Shown: positions 9,349 to 18,644, numbered from the stretch's first letter. The stretch is DNA of 49,299 nucleotides from Thermoplasmata archaeon (GCA_030037855.1 JASHPY010000122.1:1-49299), one strand, 5' to 3'. Notes: generated by a model not told the origin, from the sequence alone. Made by a program: numbers and translations.

Positions 9349-10125
9349 ATGGGCCTCGGGGCCTCGCTCTCGTTCCTCTCTCGAATACCGTCGCGGCGTT
9401 CGGACGGCGCTTCGATCGCCCTCGCCCTCCCCTGGTTCCCTCTCGCCGGGCTCCTCGTCGGAGCGGTGCTGGGCATCGCGGCCACGCTCGAGTTCTTCGT
9501 GCTCCCCACGGTCGCGGCGTTTCTGTTCGTCCCGACGTACTTCGCGGTGAAGGGGATCCTCCATACCGACGGTCTCGCCGACACGGCAGACGCGCTGGCG
9601 GCCCACGGGTCGCCGGACGACCGGGACCGGGTGCTCCGCGACCCGCACATCGGCGCGGCGGGGGCGGTCGTGATCGCCGTGTTCGTTGTCGGTCTGTTCG
9701 CAACGTTCGAGTCGATCCGTGCTCAGAGCGTCTTGCTGGGGCCGGTCGGTGCGTGGATCGGACTGTTCCGCTGGGCGCCGCTGATCCTGCCGATGCTCGC
9801 GGAACTCACCGCGACGACCACGTTGGTGGCGGCCTTCGGCCTCGCGCCCCTATCGCCCCACTCCCGACTCGCCAGTGCGTTCGCCGCGGGAGCCTCGCGC
9901 GGGGGACTGGTGACCGGCGTGGCGGTCGGAGTCGCTCTGCTCGTACTCTTCGGGGGCGTTGTGGGAGTCGTACTTGCCGGGGGCGCACTCGTCGTCGCCT
10001 ACCTCGTCGCGCGGGTCTCCCGTCGGTGGTTCTCGGGCCTCAGCGGGGACCTCCTCGGCGCGGGTCACGACGTCGCGTTCCTCCTCGCACTGGTCCTCGC
10101 GCTCGGATGGCTATGGCCCCGGTGA
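9349..10125 (+). CDS. cobS: Adenosylcobinamide-GDP ribazoletransferase (cobalamin synthase)
   Basis: FLSRIP, FPLAG, GILHTDGLADTADA, LRDPHIGAAG, GLSGDLLGA. Confidence 0.93.
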   Translation: MGLGASLSFLSRIPSRRSDGASIALALPWFPLAGLLVGAVLGIAATLEFFVLPTVAAFLFVPTYFAVKGILHTDGLADTADALAAHGSPDDRDRVLRDPHIGAAGAVVIAVFVVGLFATFESIRAQSVLLGPVGAWIGLFRWAPLILPMLAELTATTTLVAAFGLAPLSPHSRLASAFAAGASRGGLVTGVAVGVALLVLFGGVVGVVLAGGALVVAYLVARVSRRWFSGLSGDLLGAGHDVAFLLALVLALGWLWPR

Positions 10126-10165
10126 GCGGTCCTCCGTTACCTCCGCGGTCCCTCGGAGCGAGACG

Positions 10166-10813
10166 ATGACCCTCGCGATCGTGCTCGCGGGAGGCCGGGG
10201 CCGTCGACTCCGGCGACCGGGCGTGGAGAAGCCGCTCGTGCGGGTCGGTGGCGCGACGCTCCTCGCCCGGGTCGTGTCGGCGGTCCGTCCGGCGCCGGGG
10301 GTCGACCTGCGCGTCGCCGTGAGCCCGCATACCGTCCGAACCGCCCGCGCCTGCCGCGACTTCGGACTCGAAGCGCTGGAGACGCCGGGCGCCGGCTACG
10401 CGACGGACGTCGGATACCTACTCGGACGATTCCCCCGGTTCGCGACGATCTCCGCGGACCTGCCGTTCCTCGCGCCCGCGGCGGTCGTGCGGTTCCTCGG
10501 CGCCGCGACCCGGTCGGCGACGGGCCTCGTGGGCGTGCTGCCGATTGAACGCTGCCGGTTTCCCGTCCCGGACGACCTCGCGTGGCGGCTCGAGCCCGGC
10601 GGCCGGGTCGCCGGGCGGATGGTCGGTATCAACTGGGTCGTCGCGGACGCCCCGGCTCCGGATCGCCTCTACCGGTTCGATGACCCGGAGCTCGAGTACA
10701 ACATCAATCGTCCGATCGATCTCGTCCGGGCCCGGCGCCACGCCGCGCGAGGCGCCCCGACCACACCGCGTCTTCCACTCCTAGGCGCGCCTCCCAGGCG
10801 TACCGATCGGTGA
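10166..10813 (+). CDS. cobY: GTP:adenosylcobinamide-phosphate guanylyltransferase (archaeal CobY-type)
   Basis: LAGGRGRRL...EKPL, AVSPHT, ETPGAGYATD, SADLP, GIN, YNINRPIDL; follows cobS. Start ATG 10166. Confidence 0.85.
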   Translation: MTLAIVLAGGRGRRLRRPGVEKPLVRVGGATLLARVVSAVRPAPGVDLRVAVSPHTVRTARACRDFGLEALETPGAGYATDVGYLLGRFPRFATISADLPFLAPAAVVRFLGAATRSATGLVGVLPIERCRFPVPDDLAWRLEPGGRVAGRMVGINWVVADAPAPDRLYRFDDPELEYNINRPIDLVRARRHAARGAPTTPRLPLLGAPPRRTDR

Positions 10814-11474
10814 GCGGTAGGCTCCGCGCGGCCGCTGAGATCCTCGCCCGTGACCAGCCGCGCTCGACCAGCCGCGCGCGGATCGTGCGGTCGAGCCGAA
10901 TCCCGTCCCCGATCACGAGGCTCTCGGCCACGGCGGCCGCCACCATCGCGCCGAGAGCGCGGCCCCGCGGCGTCGCCGCACCGCAGTACTCCCAGCGCTC
11001 GCCGGAGTTTTCGCACGCCACCACAACCGCATCCGTCGACGTGCCCGTCGCCGGAGCGCGGCCGTCGTGCACGTCGAGTCGTCGCAGCGCGGCGCCCTTG
11101 GCCTCGGTCGCCACCTTGACGGCCTCCACCATCGCCCCCGACGTCGGCACCCCCGAGAGGACGAGTACGATGTTGATCGTCCCGACGAACGCCGCGTTCG
11201 ACACGCCCGCCGTCACGAGCACGGTTCCGTAGCGACTCCGGCGTGTCGCGACCGCCCGTAGATCGACGGCGGTGAGCAACCCCACCACGGAGCGAAGCCT
11301 CGTGCGCCGCTCGAAACGGCGGAAGAACGACGGAACCGGTTCATGGTACGACTTCGGAACGTGGACGTTGACGATCGTGCGGGCTCGACGGGCCCCCCCG
11401 TGCCAGGGCGCCGAGCTCACTACTCGAAAGTCCCCGCGAACCAGGAGGTACTCCTCCCGGATCGACCAGTGCAT
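10704..11474 (-). CDS. cbiZ: Adenosylcobinamide amidohydrolase
   Basis: SSAPWHGG, GLLTA, VTAGVSNA, GTINI, ATEAK, ATGTSTDAVVVA, YCGAAT. Confidence 0.92.
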   Translation of the reverse strand: MHWSIREEYLLVRGDFRVVSSAPWHGGARRARTIVNVHVPKSYHEPVPSFFRRFERRTRLRSVVGLLTAVDLRAVATRRSRYGTVLVTAGVSNAAFVGTINIVLVLSGVPTSGAMVEAVKVATEAKGAALRRLDVHDGRAPATGTSTDAVVVACENSGERWEYCGAATPRGRALGAMVAAAVAESLVIGDGIRLDRTIRARLVERGWSRARISAAARSLPLTDRYAWEARLGVEDAVWSGRLARRGAGPGRDRSDD

Positions 11475-11599
11475 GTCGGGCCGTCCGCCCGCGCCACTTC
11501 ACGATTGCGGGCCGGCGCGGGGTGTCGGGAGGCCAGCACCGCCTCGGAGGCCCTTACCGGGGCGCGACGCTAATGGGACCCTACTCGGTGGGCCCGCTG

Positions 11600-12334
11600 A
11601 TGGACGGGGCGGAACCGAACGGAGCGGCTCAGCGAGCGAGGGACGAGGTCACCCCCCGGGACCGCGAGGGGTTCTACCGGGTCCTCTACGGCCGGCGCGA
11701 CATCCGGTCTCAGTTCCTACCGGACCCGATCCCGGACGAGGTCCTCGTCGCGGTCCTGAGGGCGGCGCACCACGCCCCATCGGTCGGGTTCATGCAGCCG
11801 TGGAACTTCGTGGTCGTCCGCGACCGCGCCATCCGTGAGAAGGTCCGCGCGAACTTCGAGGAGGTGCGACGCGAGGGCGCCGCCCAGTTCTCCGGTGAGC
11901 GAAGGTCGCTCTACGATTCGCTGAAGCTCGAAGGCATTCTCGACGCCCCGGTCAACATCTGCGTGACGTGCGACCCCGACCGGGCCGGGAAGGCCGTTCT
12001 GGGCCGCGTCCGAGTGCGGGAAGTGGACGTCTTCTCCACCTGCCTCGCGATCGAGAACCTGTGGCTGGCGGCGCGGGCGGAGGGTCTCGGCGTCGGCTGG
12101 GTGAGCATCCTCGACCCGGAGCGGGTCCGGGACCTCCTCGAAATCCCGGTCGGGATCTCTCCGCTCGCCTATCTGACGATGGGATATGTTCGCGAGTTCC
12201 CCCGGCGACCCGAGCTCGAGACGAAGGGATGGGCGACACGGGCCCCGCTCGACGGGCGGATCTTTCTGGACCGGTGGGGCGCGAGGTATCCGTCGCCCCT
12301 CGATACACCTCCGGTCGCTACGACCGATCGCTGA
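11600..12334 (+). CDS. bluB: 5,6-dimethylbenzimidazole synthase
   Basis: RRDIRSQFLPDP, AHHAPSVGFMQPWNF, LKLEGILDAP, FSTCLAIENLWLAARAEGLGVGWVS, PELETKGW. Start uncertain (11522, 11573 or 11600). Confidence 0.92.
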   Translation: MDGAEPNGAAQRARDEVTPRDREGFYRVLYGRRDIRSQFLPDPIPDEVLVAVLRAAHHAPSVGFMQPWNFVVVRDRAIREKVRANFEEVRREGAAQFSGERRSLYDSLKLEGILDAPVNICVTCDPDRAGKAVLGRVRVREVDVFSTCLAIENLWLAARAEGLGVGWVSILDPERVRDLLEIPVGISPLAYLTMGYVREFPRRPELETKGWATRAPLDGRIFLDRWGARYPSPLDTPPVATTDR

Positions 12335-13931
12335 GTCGGCGTCCCGGCGGCCCGAGCCGACGCACCAAGGCGCTGAGGTCGACGTGCGCCTCCAGAAGAT
12401 CCGCCACGGCGTCGATCGTTCGGTCCAGCCCGGGGAAGACCGCGTCCGGGCCGGTCGGAACGCGGTGCCGGACGGACGGCTTCCGTGGAGGGGCACTCCC
12501 CCCTACCCACCGCACGAGACCCTCGAGGGCTTCCGACGACCCGAGCGCGCCGTGGAGCAGGGTGCCCCAGACACGACCGTCCGCGGTCCGGGCGCCGTCG
12601 GGTTCCGTCGGCTCGGCGAAGTCGCCCGAGGCGGAGACCGAGAAAATCGGGTTCGTGGAAGCGCCCCGGACGACCTGGCCCCGATGGATCTCGTACCCTC
12701 GGATCCCCGCGCCGAGACGTAGCCAGGGGTGGCCCCGGTAGGCGCGCGCCGTCACCAACCGGACCACCTTCGAACCCCGGAAGCGAGTCGCTACCGGCAA
12801 GAGGCCGAGCGCTCGATGGTGGCCGGGCGGGCCGTCCCATCCCTCAGTGTCGTGGAGCCACGTTCCGAGCAACTGGAACCCGCCGCAGATCCCACCGACG
12901 CCGGCTCCCCGCGCCCGAGCTTGGCGCAGCGCTCTCGGCCAGCCGCCCGCCCGTAGCCAAGCGAGATCGTCCCCGGTGCGCCTCGTCCCCGGAAGTAGGA
13001 TCGCCGAGCACTCCGCGATTTCGCCCGCGGAGCGGACCCAACGCGTGTCGAGCTCCGGACACCGTTCGAGCGGCTGGAAGTCGGAGAAGTTCGCGGTATG
13101 CGGGAGTCGGACGATACCGAGTCGCGGAAGGCCCGCCCGACCCGGCGATCGCGGCGCGCGCGCCAGCTCCAGCGAATCCTCCGGCGGGAGCGCCCCGGCC
13201 TTCGCTGGAAGCATCGGGAGCACGCCCAGCACGGGCACCCCGACGCGGTCCGCGGTCCACGCCATCGCGGGCCGGAAGAGCCGTTCGTCTCCTCGAAGCC
13301 GATTGAAGATGATGCCACAGACCCGGGCGCGTTCGGACGGCGTGAGGAGCTCGAGCGTCCCCACGACCTGCGCGAGCGAGCCGCCACGCTCGAGGTCCGC
13401 GACGAGGATCACGGGGATGTCGAGCACCTCCGCGACGAAGAAGTTCGAAAGATCGCTCTGACGCAGGTTCAGCTCGACCGGCGAGCCGGCGCCTTCCGCG
13501 ACGACGACGACGTCGGACTTGCGGAGCGTCGCGAGCGTTCGCCGGATCTCCGTGCGGAGCCGCGGCAGCTGGGCGGGCATTTCGCGACGCCAGGAGCGGA
13601 GCCGGGCTACCGGCCGACCGCGGAGGATGACCTCGACGCTCCCGTCGTAGGGCTTCAGCAGCACCGGGTTCGCGTCCGCCGAGGCCGTGACCCGCGCGGC
13701 GGCGCACTGCACCCACTGCGCGATCGCGATCTCCGCCCCCGTTTCCGTGGCGATCGAGTTGAGGGACATGTTCACCGCTTTGAACGGCGCTACGCGGTAG
13801 CCACGGCGGACGAGCGCGCGGCAGAGCCCGGTCGTTACGAAGCTCTTGCCCGCGTCGCTCGTGGTCCCCGCGACGAGCACGCCCGGCGCGCGAGAGGACC
13901 GCTCGCTACCACTCGATTCCCGGGCGGGCAT
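12318..13931 (-). CDS. cobQ: Cobyric acid synthase (CobQ/CbiP)
   Basis: GTTSDAGKS, PFKAVNMSLNS, NPVLLKP, EGAGSPVELNL, EDS, NFSDF, GICGGFQLLG, GYEIHRG, GTLLHG. Start 13931 or 13943. Confidence 0.95.
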   Translation of the reverse strand: MPARESSGSERSSRAPGVLVAGTTSDAGKSFVTTGLCRALVRRGYRVAPFKAVNMSLNSIATETGAEIAIAQWVQCAAARVTASADANPVLLKPYDGSVEVILRGRPVARLRSWRREMPAQLPRLRTEIRRTLATLRKSDVVVVAEGAGSPVELNLRQSDLSNFFVAEVLDIPVILVADLERGGSLAQVVGTLELLTPSERARVCGIIFNRLRGDERLFRPAMAWTADRVGVPVLGVLPMLPAKAGALPPEDSLELARAPRSPGRAGLPRLGIVRLPHTANFSDFQPLERCPELDTRWVRSAGEIAECSAILLPGTRRTGDDLAWLRAGGWPRALRQARARGAGVGGICGGFQLLGTWLHDTEGWDGPPGHHRALGLLPVATRFRGSKVVRLVTARAYRGHPWLRLGAGIRGYEIHRGQVVRGASTNPIFSVSASGDFAEPTEPDGARTADGRVWGTLLHGALGSSEALEGLVRWVGGSAPPRKPSVRHRVPTGPDAVFPGLDRTIDAVADLLEAHVDLSALVRRLGPPGRRLSDRS

Positions 13932-14493
13932 CCATCCCTCCATGGTACGGATGCTTCATCCCGACCATCATCGTGACGAGGTGCGCGCGATCGAGCAGCA
14001 TCTTCGGCGCTCCGCGCCCCGTCAGGACGAGTTCGGTGGTAGCGGCCTTCTGGTCCAGGAGCTCCACGACCTCCGCGACTGGGATGAGCCCGCGGACGAT
14101 CGCCGTGTTGACCTCGTCGAGCACGACCAGGTCGAACGCGCCGCTCGACGAAGCGCGACGCCCGCTGCGGAGCGCTCGGCGGGCCAGCTCGAGATCCTCT
14201 TCGGCCGGCCGGTCCCGCTTCACCCAGTGACCGCTGCCGTACTGTTCGATGTGAACTCCGGGGAGCTTTCGCAGGGTAACGATCTCGCCGTAGTTCCCCT
14301 TCTTCATGAACTGGATGAGGCAGCAACGAAGTCCGTGCCCGACCGCGCGAGCGATGAGACCAAAGCTGGCCGTACTCTTCCCCTTCCCTCCGCCGGTGTA
14401 GACCTGGATGAGCCCGGTCGTGAGCGGCGTGCGGCGCGACCGGGGGGGTACCTCGAACCGGGGGTAGGTCGGCTCCTCCTCGTTGTACGGCAT
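13906..14493 (-). CDS. cobO: Cob(I)yrinic acid a,c-diamide adenosyltransferase (CobO/CobA/BtuR)
   Basis: IQVYTGGGKGKSTA, QFMK, LVVLDE, ELVLTGR, KHPY, GIEW. Confidence 0.95.
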   Translation of the reverse strand: MPYNEEEPTYPRFEVPPRSRRTPLTTGLIQVYTGGGKGKSTASFGLIARAVGHGLRCCLIQFMKKGNYGEIVTLRKLPGVHIEQYGSGHWVKRDRPAEEDLELARRALRSGRRASSSGAFDLVVLDEVNTAIVRGLIPVAEVVELLDQKAATTELVLTGRGAPKMLLDRAHLVTMMVGMKHPYHGGMDARPGIEW

Positions 14494-14603
14494 CGCTCCC
14501 TCGCCTAACCCGCGTCGAGCCGACCGGCGCTCGCTCCGGCCCGTCCGAGATCGGAGCGAGCCGCGGGCTCGCTGATAACTCTCCGGAGGCTCGGAGGCGG
14601 GTC

Positions 14604-15092
14604 GTGTCGCTCGTGCGCTTCCATGTGGTCTGTGGTGGCGGAACCGGGTCGCAGCTGCTGCGCCGGCTCCACGCGAAGGGCTACGAGCTCTCGGCCGGAG
14701 TCCTCGCGGAGAACGACGACGACGCGCTCACCGCGAGCGCCCTGGGCGCCACGGTCGTGCTCGCGCCGATACCCGGGTCGATCGAACCGAAGATCCTGGC
14801 ACGCGTTCGTCGGTGCATGCTCCGTTCCGCCGGAGTGATCCTCACCCCGTTCGCTGTCGGGCGAGGCAACCTGCCGAACCTCGAGGTCGTTCTCGGACTG
14901 CCCCCGGAGCTCCCGGTCCTGATCGTCGTCGGGGGCGAATTCGCGCGACGCGACTACACGGGAGGCGAGGCAACTCGGATCTACGAAGCCCTTCGAGCGC
15001 GGGCGCTCGCGTCCGTGGCCTCGAGCGAGGATCTTGTGCGCGAGGTCACCGCGCGATTCCCTCTCGGGCCGGATTTCCGTTCGGGCAACTGA
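14604..15092 (+). CDS. Stand-alone homologue of the BtuD C-terminal domain (function unknown)
   Basis: Aligns by eye with the C-terminus of 17364-18644: HVVCGGGTG/HVVCGGGSG, SAGVLAENDDD/SAGALNLLDSD, VGRGNLPNL/IGAANLANL, RRDYTGG/RRDFTGG. Confidence 0.8.
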   Translation: MSLVRFHVVCGGGTGSQLLRRLHAKGYELSAGVLAENDDDALTASALGATVVLAPIPGSIEPKILARVRRCMLRSAGVILTPFAVGRGNLPNLEVVLGLPPELPVLIVVGGEFARRDYTGGEATRIYEALRARALASVASSEDLVREVTARFPLGPDFRSGN

Positions 15093-15176
15093 GCCGAGTC
15101 GGACCCTGGGATCGTAGCAACCGCGGTCCATCACGCCAGCCTTATCTACAACAGATATTACAGAATTCCTACGCAT

Positions 15177-16229
15177 ATGAACGCGACCCCACCGACCTCC
15201 GAGGAAATCGACCGCCCCCGCCGCGGCGCTCGCACCTGGCTCCCCACCGTCGTCCTCGCCATCCTGCTCGTGGCCGTGGTCGCGATCGCGGCGCTCGACC
15301 TCACCGTTTTCCGTCCCGCGGCGGCCTCGAGTTCCAGCACGCAGGGTTCCGTCACCGTGGTGGACGACTCGGGACGGTCCGTCACCGTCAGCGGAGTTCC
15401 TACCCGAATCATCGTGCTCGGTCCGAGCGTGATGGACATCCTCTTCCGATTGGGGCTGCGCGCCGACGTGGTCGGCGTGGACGGGGGTCCGGCGTCGGCC
15501 GGCGGTGTACTGGACGACTACTCTCCGGGTCAGGTCGCCAACTGGAGCCTCAGCTCCCTGCCGGTCATCACCTGGGATCCCACGCTGGACGTGGAGGCGG
15601 TCATCGCCCTCAACCCGGACCTCGTCGTCGCCGGATCCGGCTTCTCGCTGTCCCAGCTCGAGTCGCTGCAGAGCACGTACGGTATCCCCTGCCTCTACCT
15701 CAATCCCCCCACGCTTGCCGGGATCGAGTACGACGTCTCGATCGTCGGAGCGGTCACCCGCACCAACGCGACCGCGGTAGCGCTGAACGAGCAGATGGAG
15801 GCGTCGATGCTGTCCGACGCGAATGAGCTCGTCAACATCACCGCCGTGCCGTCCGTGTTCCTGACCTACTACCCCGACGCCGGAGGCTATTGGACGTTCG
15901 GGCCGGGCAGCTTCGGCAACGACCTCATCTTGGACGCGGGTGCGACCAGCATCACGGAGAACGACACGCTTGCCAATTCCGAGGAGGTCAGCGGCAGCTA
16001 TATTCTGGCCGCGAACCCGGCGGCGATCATCGTCGGCACCGGCTTTGGGCTCGAGGAGCAAAACTACTCCCTCTCCCCCGACTGGTCGTCGTTCGGAGCC
16101 GTTCAGGCGGGTCACGTGATCGCGCTCAACGCGATCTACCTAACCGAGCCCGACCCGAGCATGATCTTCGGGCTCGCGAACCTCATTACCCTCCTCCATC
16201 CTGAGCTCAGCGGTGGGACGCCCCTCTGA
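15177..16229 (+). CDS. btuF: Corrinoid ABC transporter substrate-binding protein
   Basis: N-terminal TM anchor, VVDDSGRSVTV, PTRIIVLGPS, EAVIALNPDLVV, GPGSFGNDLI..AG; cob cluster context. Confidence 0.85.
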   Translation: MNATPPTSEEIDRPRRGARTWLPTVVLAILLVAVVAIAALDLTVFRPAAASSSSTQGSVTVVDDSGRSVTVSGVPTRIIVLGPSVMDILFRLGLRADVVGVDGGPASAGGVLDDYSPGQVANWSLSSLPVITWDPTLDVEAVIALNPDLVVAGSGFSLSQLESLQSTYGIPCLYLNPPTLAGIEYDVSIVGAVTRTNATAVALNEQMEASMLSDANELVNITAVPSVFLTYYPDAGGYWTFGPGSFGNDLILDAGATSITENDTLANSEEVSGSYILAANPAAIIVGTGFGLEEQNYSLSPDWSSFGAVQAGHVIALNAIYLTEPDPSMIFGLANLITLLHPELSGGTPL

Positions 16230-17367
16230 ACGGTCGGTCCCCTCGGTCGCTCGGCTCGAGGATCCGGGCCTCGGGCCGCGTCGCGGGCGTGGACCGACGC
16301 GCACCCTCCTCGTTGTGGGCGTGGCGTTGCTCGTGGGCACGCTCGCCTCCCTCGCGGTCGGGCCCGTCGCGATCCCCCCCGAGAACCTCGCGTACCTGTT
16401 GTTGCACCGGATCGGCCTCCTCGCAGTCCAGGACTGCCCCACGCGTCTGGTGGTGGACGGGACCTCGGTGCCCTGTTCGATCCAGGCCGAGATCCTGTTC
16501 GACTCGCTGCTACCGATCGTCCTCCTGTCGCTATTGGTCGGCGCGGCCCTCGCTCTGTCGGGGGCGGCGATGCAAGGCCTCTTCCGCAACCCGCTAGCCG
16601 ACCCCTACCTCCTCGGCATCTCCTCGGGGTCTGCCCTGGGTGCCGCGCTGGTGTTCGTGAACGCCTCGTTCCTTGGGATCACGCTCGAGGCGGGCCAGCA
16701 GGACATACTCGTACCGCTGCTGGCCTTCCTCGGCGCGTTCGCGGCGGGTCTTGTCGTGCTGGTCGCGTCCCACTCCCGGTGGGCGAACGCGGAGACCCTG
16801 ATCCTCACCGGTGTTGCGCTCGCGGCCATCTTGGGGGACCTCATGGTCCTCGTGATCTCGCTGCGGCCGCTCGCCGTCGCGCTGCCGCTCACGTTCTGGC
16901 TACTCGGCGGCTTCGAGTCCGCCACCTGGGATCAGGTGGGCGTCCTGGCGGCGGTGGTGGTGGTCGCCGGCGGGATTCTGATCCTCCACGGGCGCGTGCT
17001 GAACGTCCTCCAGATGGGGGAAGAGACGGCCGCCGGACTGGGGATCTCGGTGCCGTCGATGCGTCGCCGACTGATCCTACTGTCGGTCATCCTGACGGCC
17101 ACCGCGGTCGCTTTCTCGGGTGTGATCGGCTTCGTGGGTCTGGTCTCGCCGCATATCGTCCGCCGGATCCAGGGCCCGAACTATCAGTCTCTGTTGCCGG
17201 CGTCCGCGCTCGTGGGCGCGCTGCTGCTCGTGGTCGCGAACGACGTCGCGACCTCGGTCCTGGGCGGCGGGGCCATATTGCCGGTCGGGGTGGTGACCGG
17301 TGTGATGGGCGGGCCGTTCATCCTCTACCTCCTCTACCGTCGCCGGAGCTCGGCGGGGTCGGCATGA
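16213..17367 (+). CDS. btuC: Corrinoid ABC transporter permease (FecCD family)
   Basis: SGAAMQGLFRNPLADPYLLGISSG, FWLLGG, GEETAAGLG, GVIGFVGLVSPH, LPVGVVT. Confidence 0.92.
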   Translation: MGRPSERSVPSVARLEDPGLGPRRGRGPTRTLLVVGVALLVGTLASLAVGPVAIPPENLAYLLLHRIGLLAVQDCPTRLVVDGTSVPCSIQAEILFDSLLPIVLLSLLVGAALALSGAAMQGLFRNPLADPYLLGISSGSALGAALVFVNASFLGITLEAGQQDILVPLLAFLGAFAAGLVVLVASHSRWANAETLILTGVALAAILGDLMVLVISLRPLAVALPLTFWLLGGFESATWDQVGVLAAVVVVAGGILILHGRVLNVLQMGEETAAGLGISVPSMRRRLILLSVILTATAVAFSGVIGFVGLVSPHIVRRIQGPNYQSLLPASALVGALLLVVANDVATSVLGGGAILPVGVVTGVMGGPFILYLLYRRRSSAGSA

Positions 17368-18644
17368 CCGCGGCCCTGCCCCTCGAAGCCCAGGGAATCT
17401 CGGTGGACCTCGGCGGACGTACCGTCCTCACCGGTGTCGACCTCACGCTCTCCGATGGAGAGTTGCTCGCCGTGGTCGGACCGAACGGCTCTGGCAAGAC
17501 CACGCTCCTGCGGACCTTGCTGGGGCTGCAGAAGCCGCGGACGGGTCGGGTCCAGCTCCTGGGGCGTCCAGTCGACGAGCTCAGCCCGTCCGCCCGCGCC
17601 CGCCGTGCCGCCTGGATGCCGCAGGAGGAACGCCCGTCGGAGAACCTCTCGGTCGCCGATTACGTGGCGCTCGCCCGGTTCCCGCACATCGGTGCCTTCG
17701 GCCTGGAGGACGAGTCGGATCGTCAGGCGATCGAGGGTGCGCTCGTCGCGTGCGAACTCGTGACCTTCCGCAACCGCGGGGTGCTCGACCTCTCGGGCGG
17801 CGAACGACAACGGGTGCTCTTTGCGCGCGCCCTCGCCCAGGCCGCCCCGGTGCTCGTGCTCGACGAACCCACGAGTCATCTCGATATGGCTCGACAGTTC
17901 GAGGTCCTCGGTTATCTCGATCGCTTCCGCCGGGAAGCGCCGGGGCGCGCGGTCATCGTCGCGATGCACGACCTCAACCTCGCGTCTCGCTACGCGAACC
18001 GGCTGTTGTGGCTGGCCCGGGGGGAGATCGCGGCGCTCGACACGCCGCAGGCGAGCGTCACTCCCGAGCGGATCTTCCAGGTCTTCGGCGTGGAAACCGT
18101 CGTCCAGACCCGCGACGGCCAGGTCGTCGTGTTCCCCCCTCGCTCTCCGGAGGCACCGCCCCGCCCCCGCGTCGCGGGTCTTCGAGTGCACGTGGTCTGC
18201 GGCGGAGGGAGCGGCGAAGAACTGCTCCCGGCGCTCGTCGCGGCCGGCCACGCCGTCAGCGCGGGCGCGCTGAACCTACTGGACAGCGACCAGGCCCTAG
18301 CCCGGGAACTCCACGTCAGCGCCGCGGTCGAGGCGCCGTTCTCCGCGCTCTCCGACCCGGTCCGGGCGGAGAACCGGCGCCTCATGCAAAGCGCCGACGC
18401 GATCGTCGTAGCCCCCCTGTGCATCGGCGCCGCGAATCTCGCGAATCTCGAAGACCTCCTCGAGCTCGACGGGACTCGCTGGGTCTTCGTTCTCGACGGC
18501 CCGTCCTCGGTTCGGCGGGACTTCACGGGCGGCCGCGGGGATCGGGCGCTCGAGGAGCTTGAACGAAGGGGTGCGACGCGAGTCAAGAGCACCCCCGTGC
18601 TCATGAAGTTGCTGAATGACAGTTCCCGCCGCCGGAGTCCATGA
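17364..18644 (+). CDS. btuD: Corrinoid ABC transporter ATPase with C-terminal extension
   Basis: GPNGSGKT, LSGGERQRV, LDEPTSHLD, HDLNLA; ATG overlaps the btuC TGA (ATGA). Confidence 0.92.
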   Translation: MTAALPLEAQGISVDLGGRTVLTGVDLTLSDGELLAVVGPNGSGKTTLLRTLLGLQKPRTGRVQLLGRPVDELSPSARARRAAWMPQEERPSENLSVADYVALARFPHIGAFGLEDESDRQAIEGALVACELVTFRNRGVLDLSGGERQRVLFARALAQAAPVLVLDEPTSHLDMARQFEVLGYLDRFRREAPGRAVIVAMHDLNLASRYANRLLWLARGEIAALDTPQASVTPERIFQVFGVETVVQTRDGQVVVFPPRSPEAPPRPRVAGLRVHVVCGGGSGEELLPALVAAGHAVSAGALNLLDSDQALARELHVSAAVEAPFSALSDPVRAENRRLMQSADAIVVAPLCIGAANLANLEDLLELDGTRWVFVLDGPSSVRRDFTGGRGDRALEELERRGATRVKSTPVLMKLLNDSSRRRSP

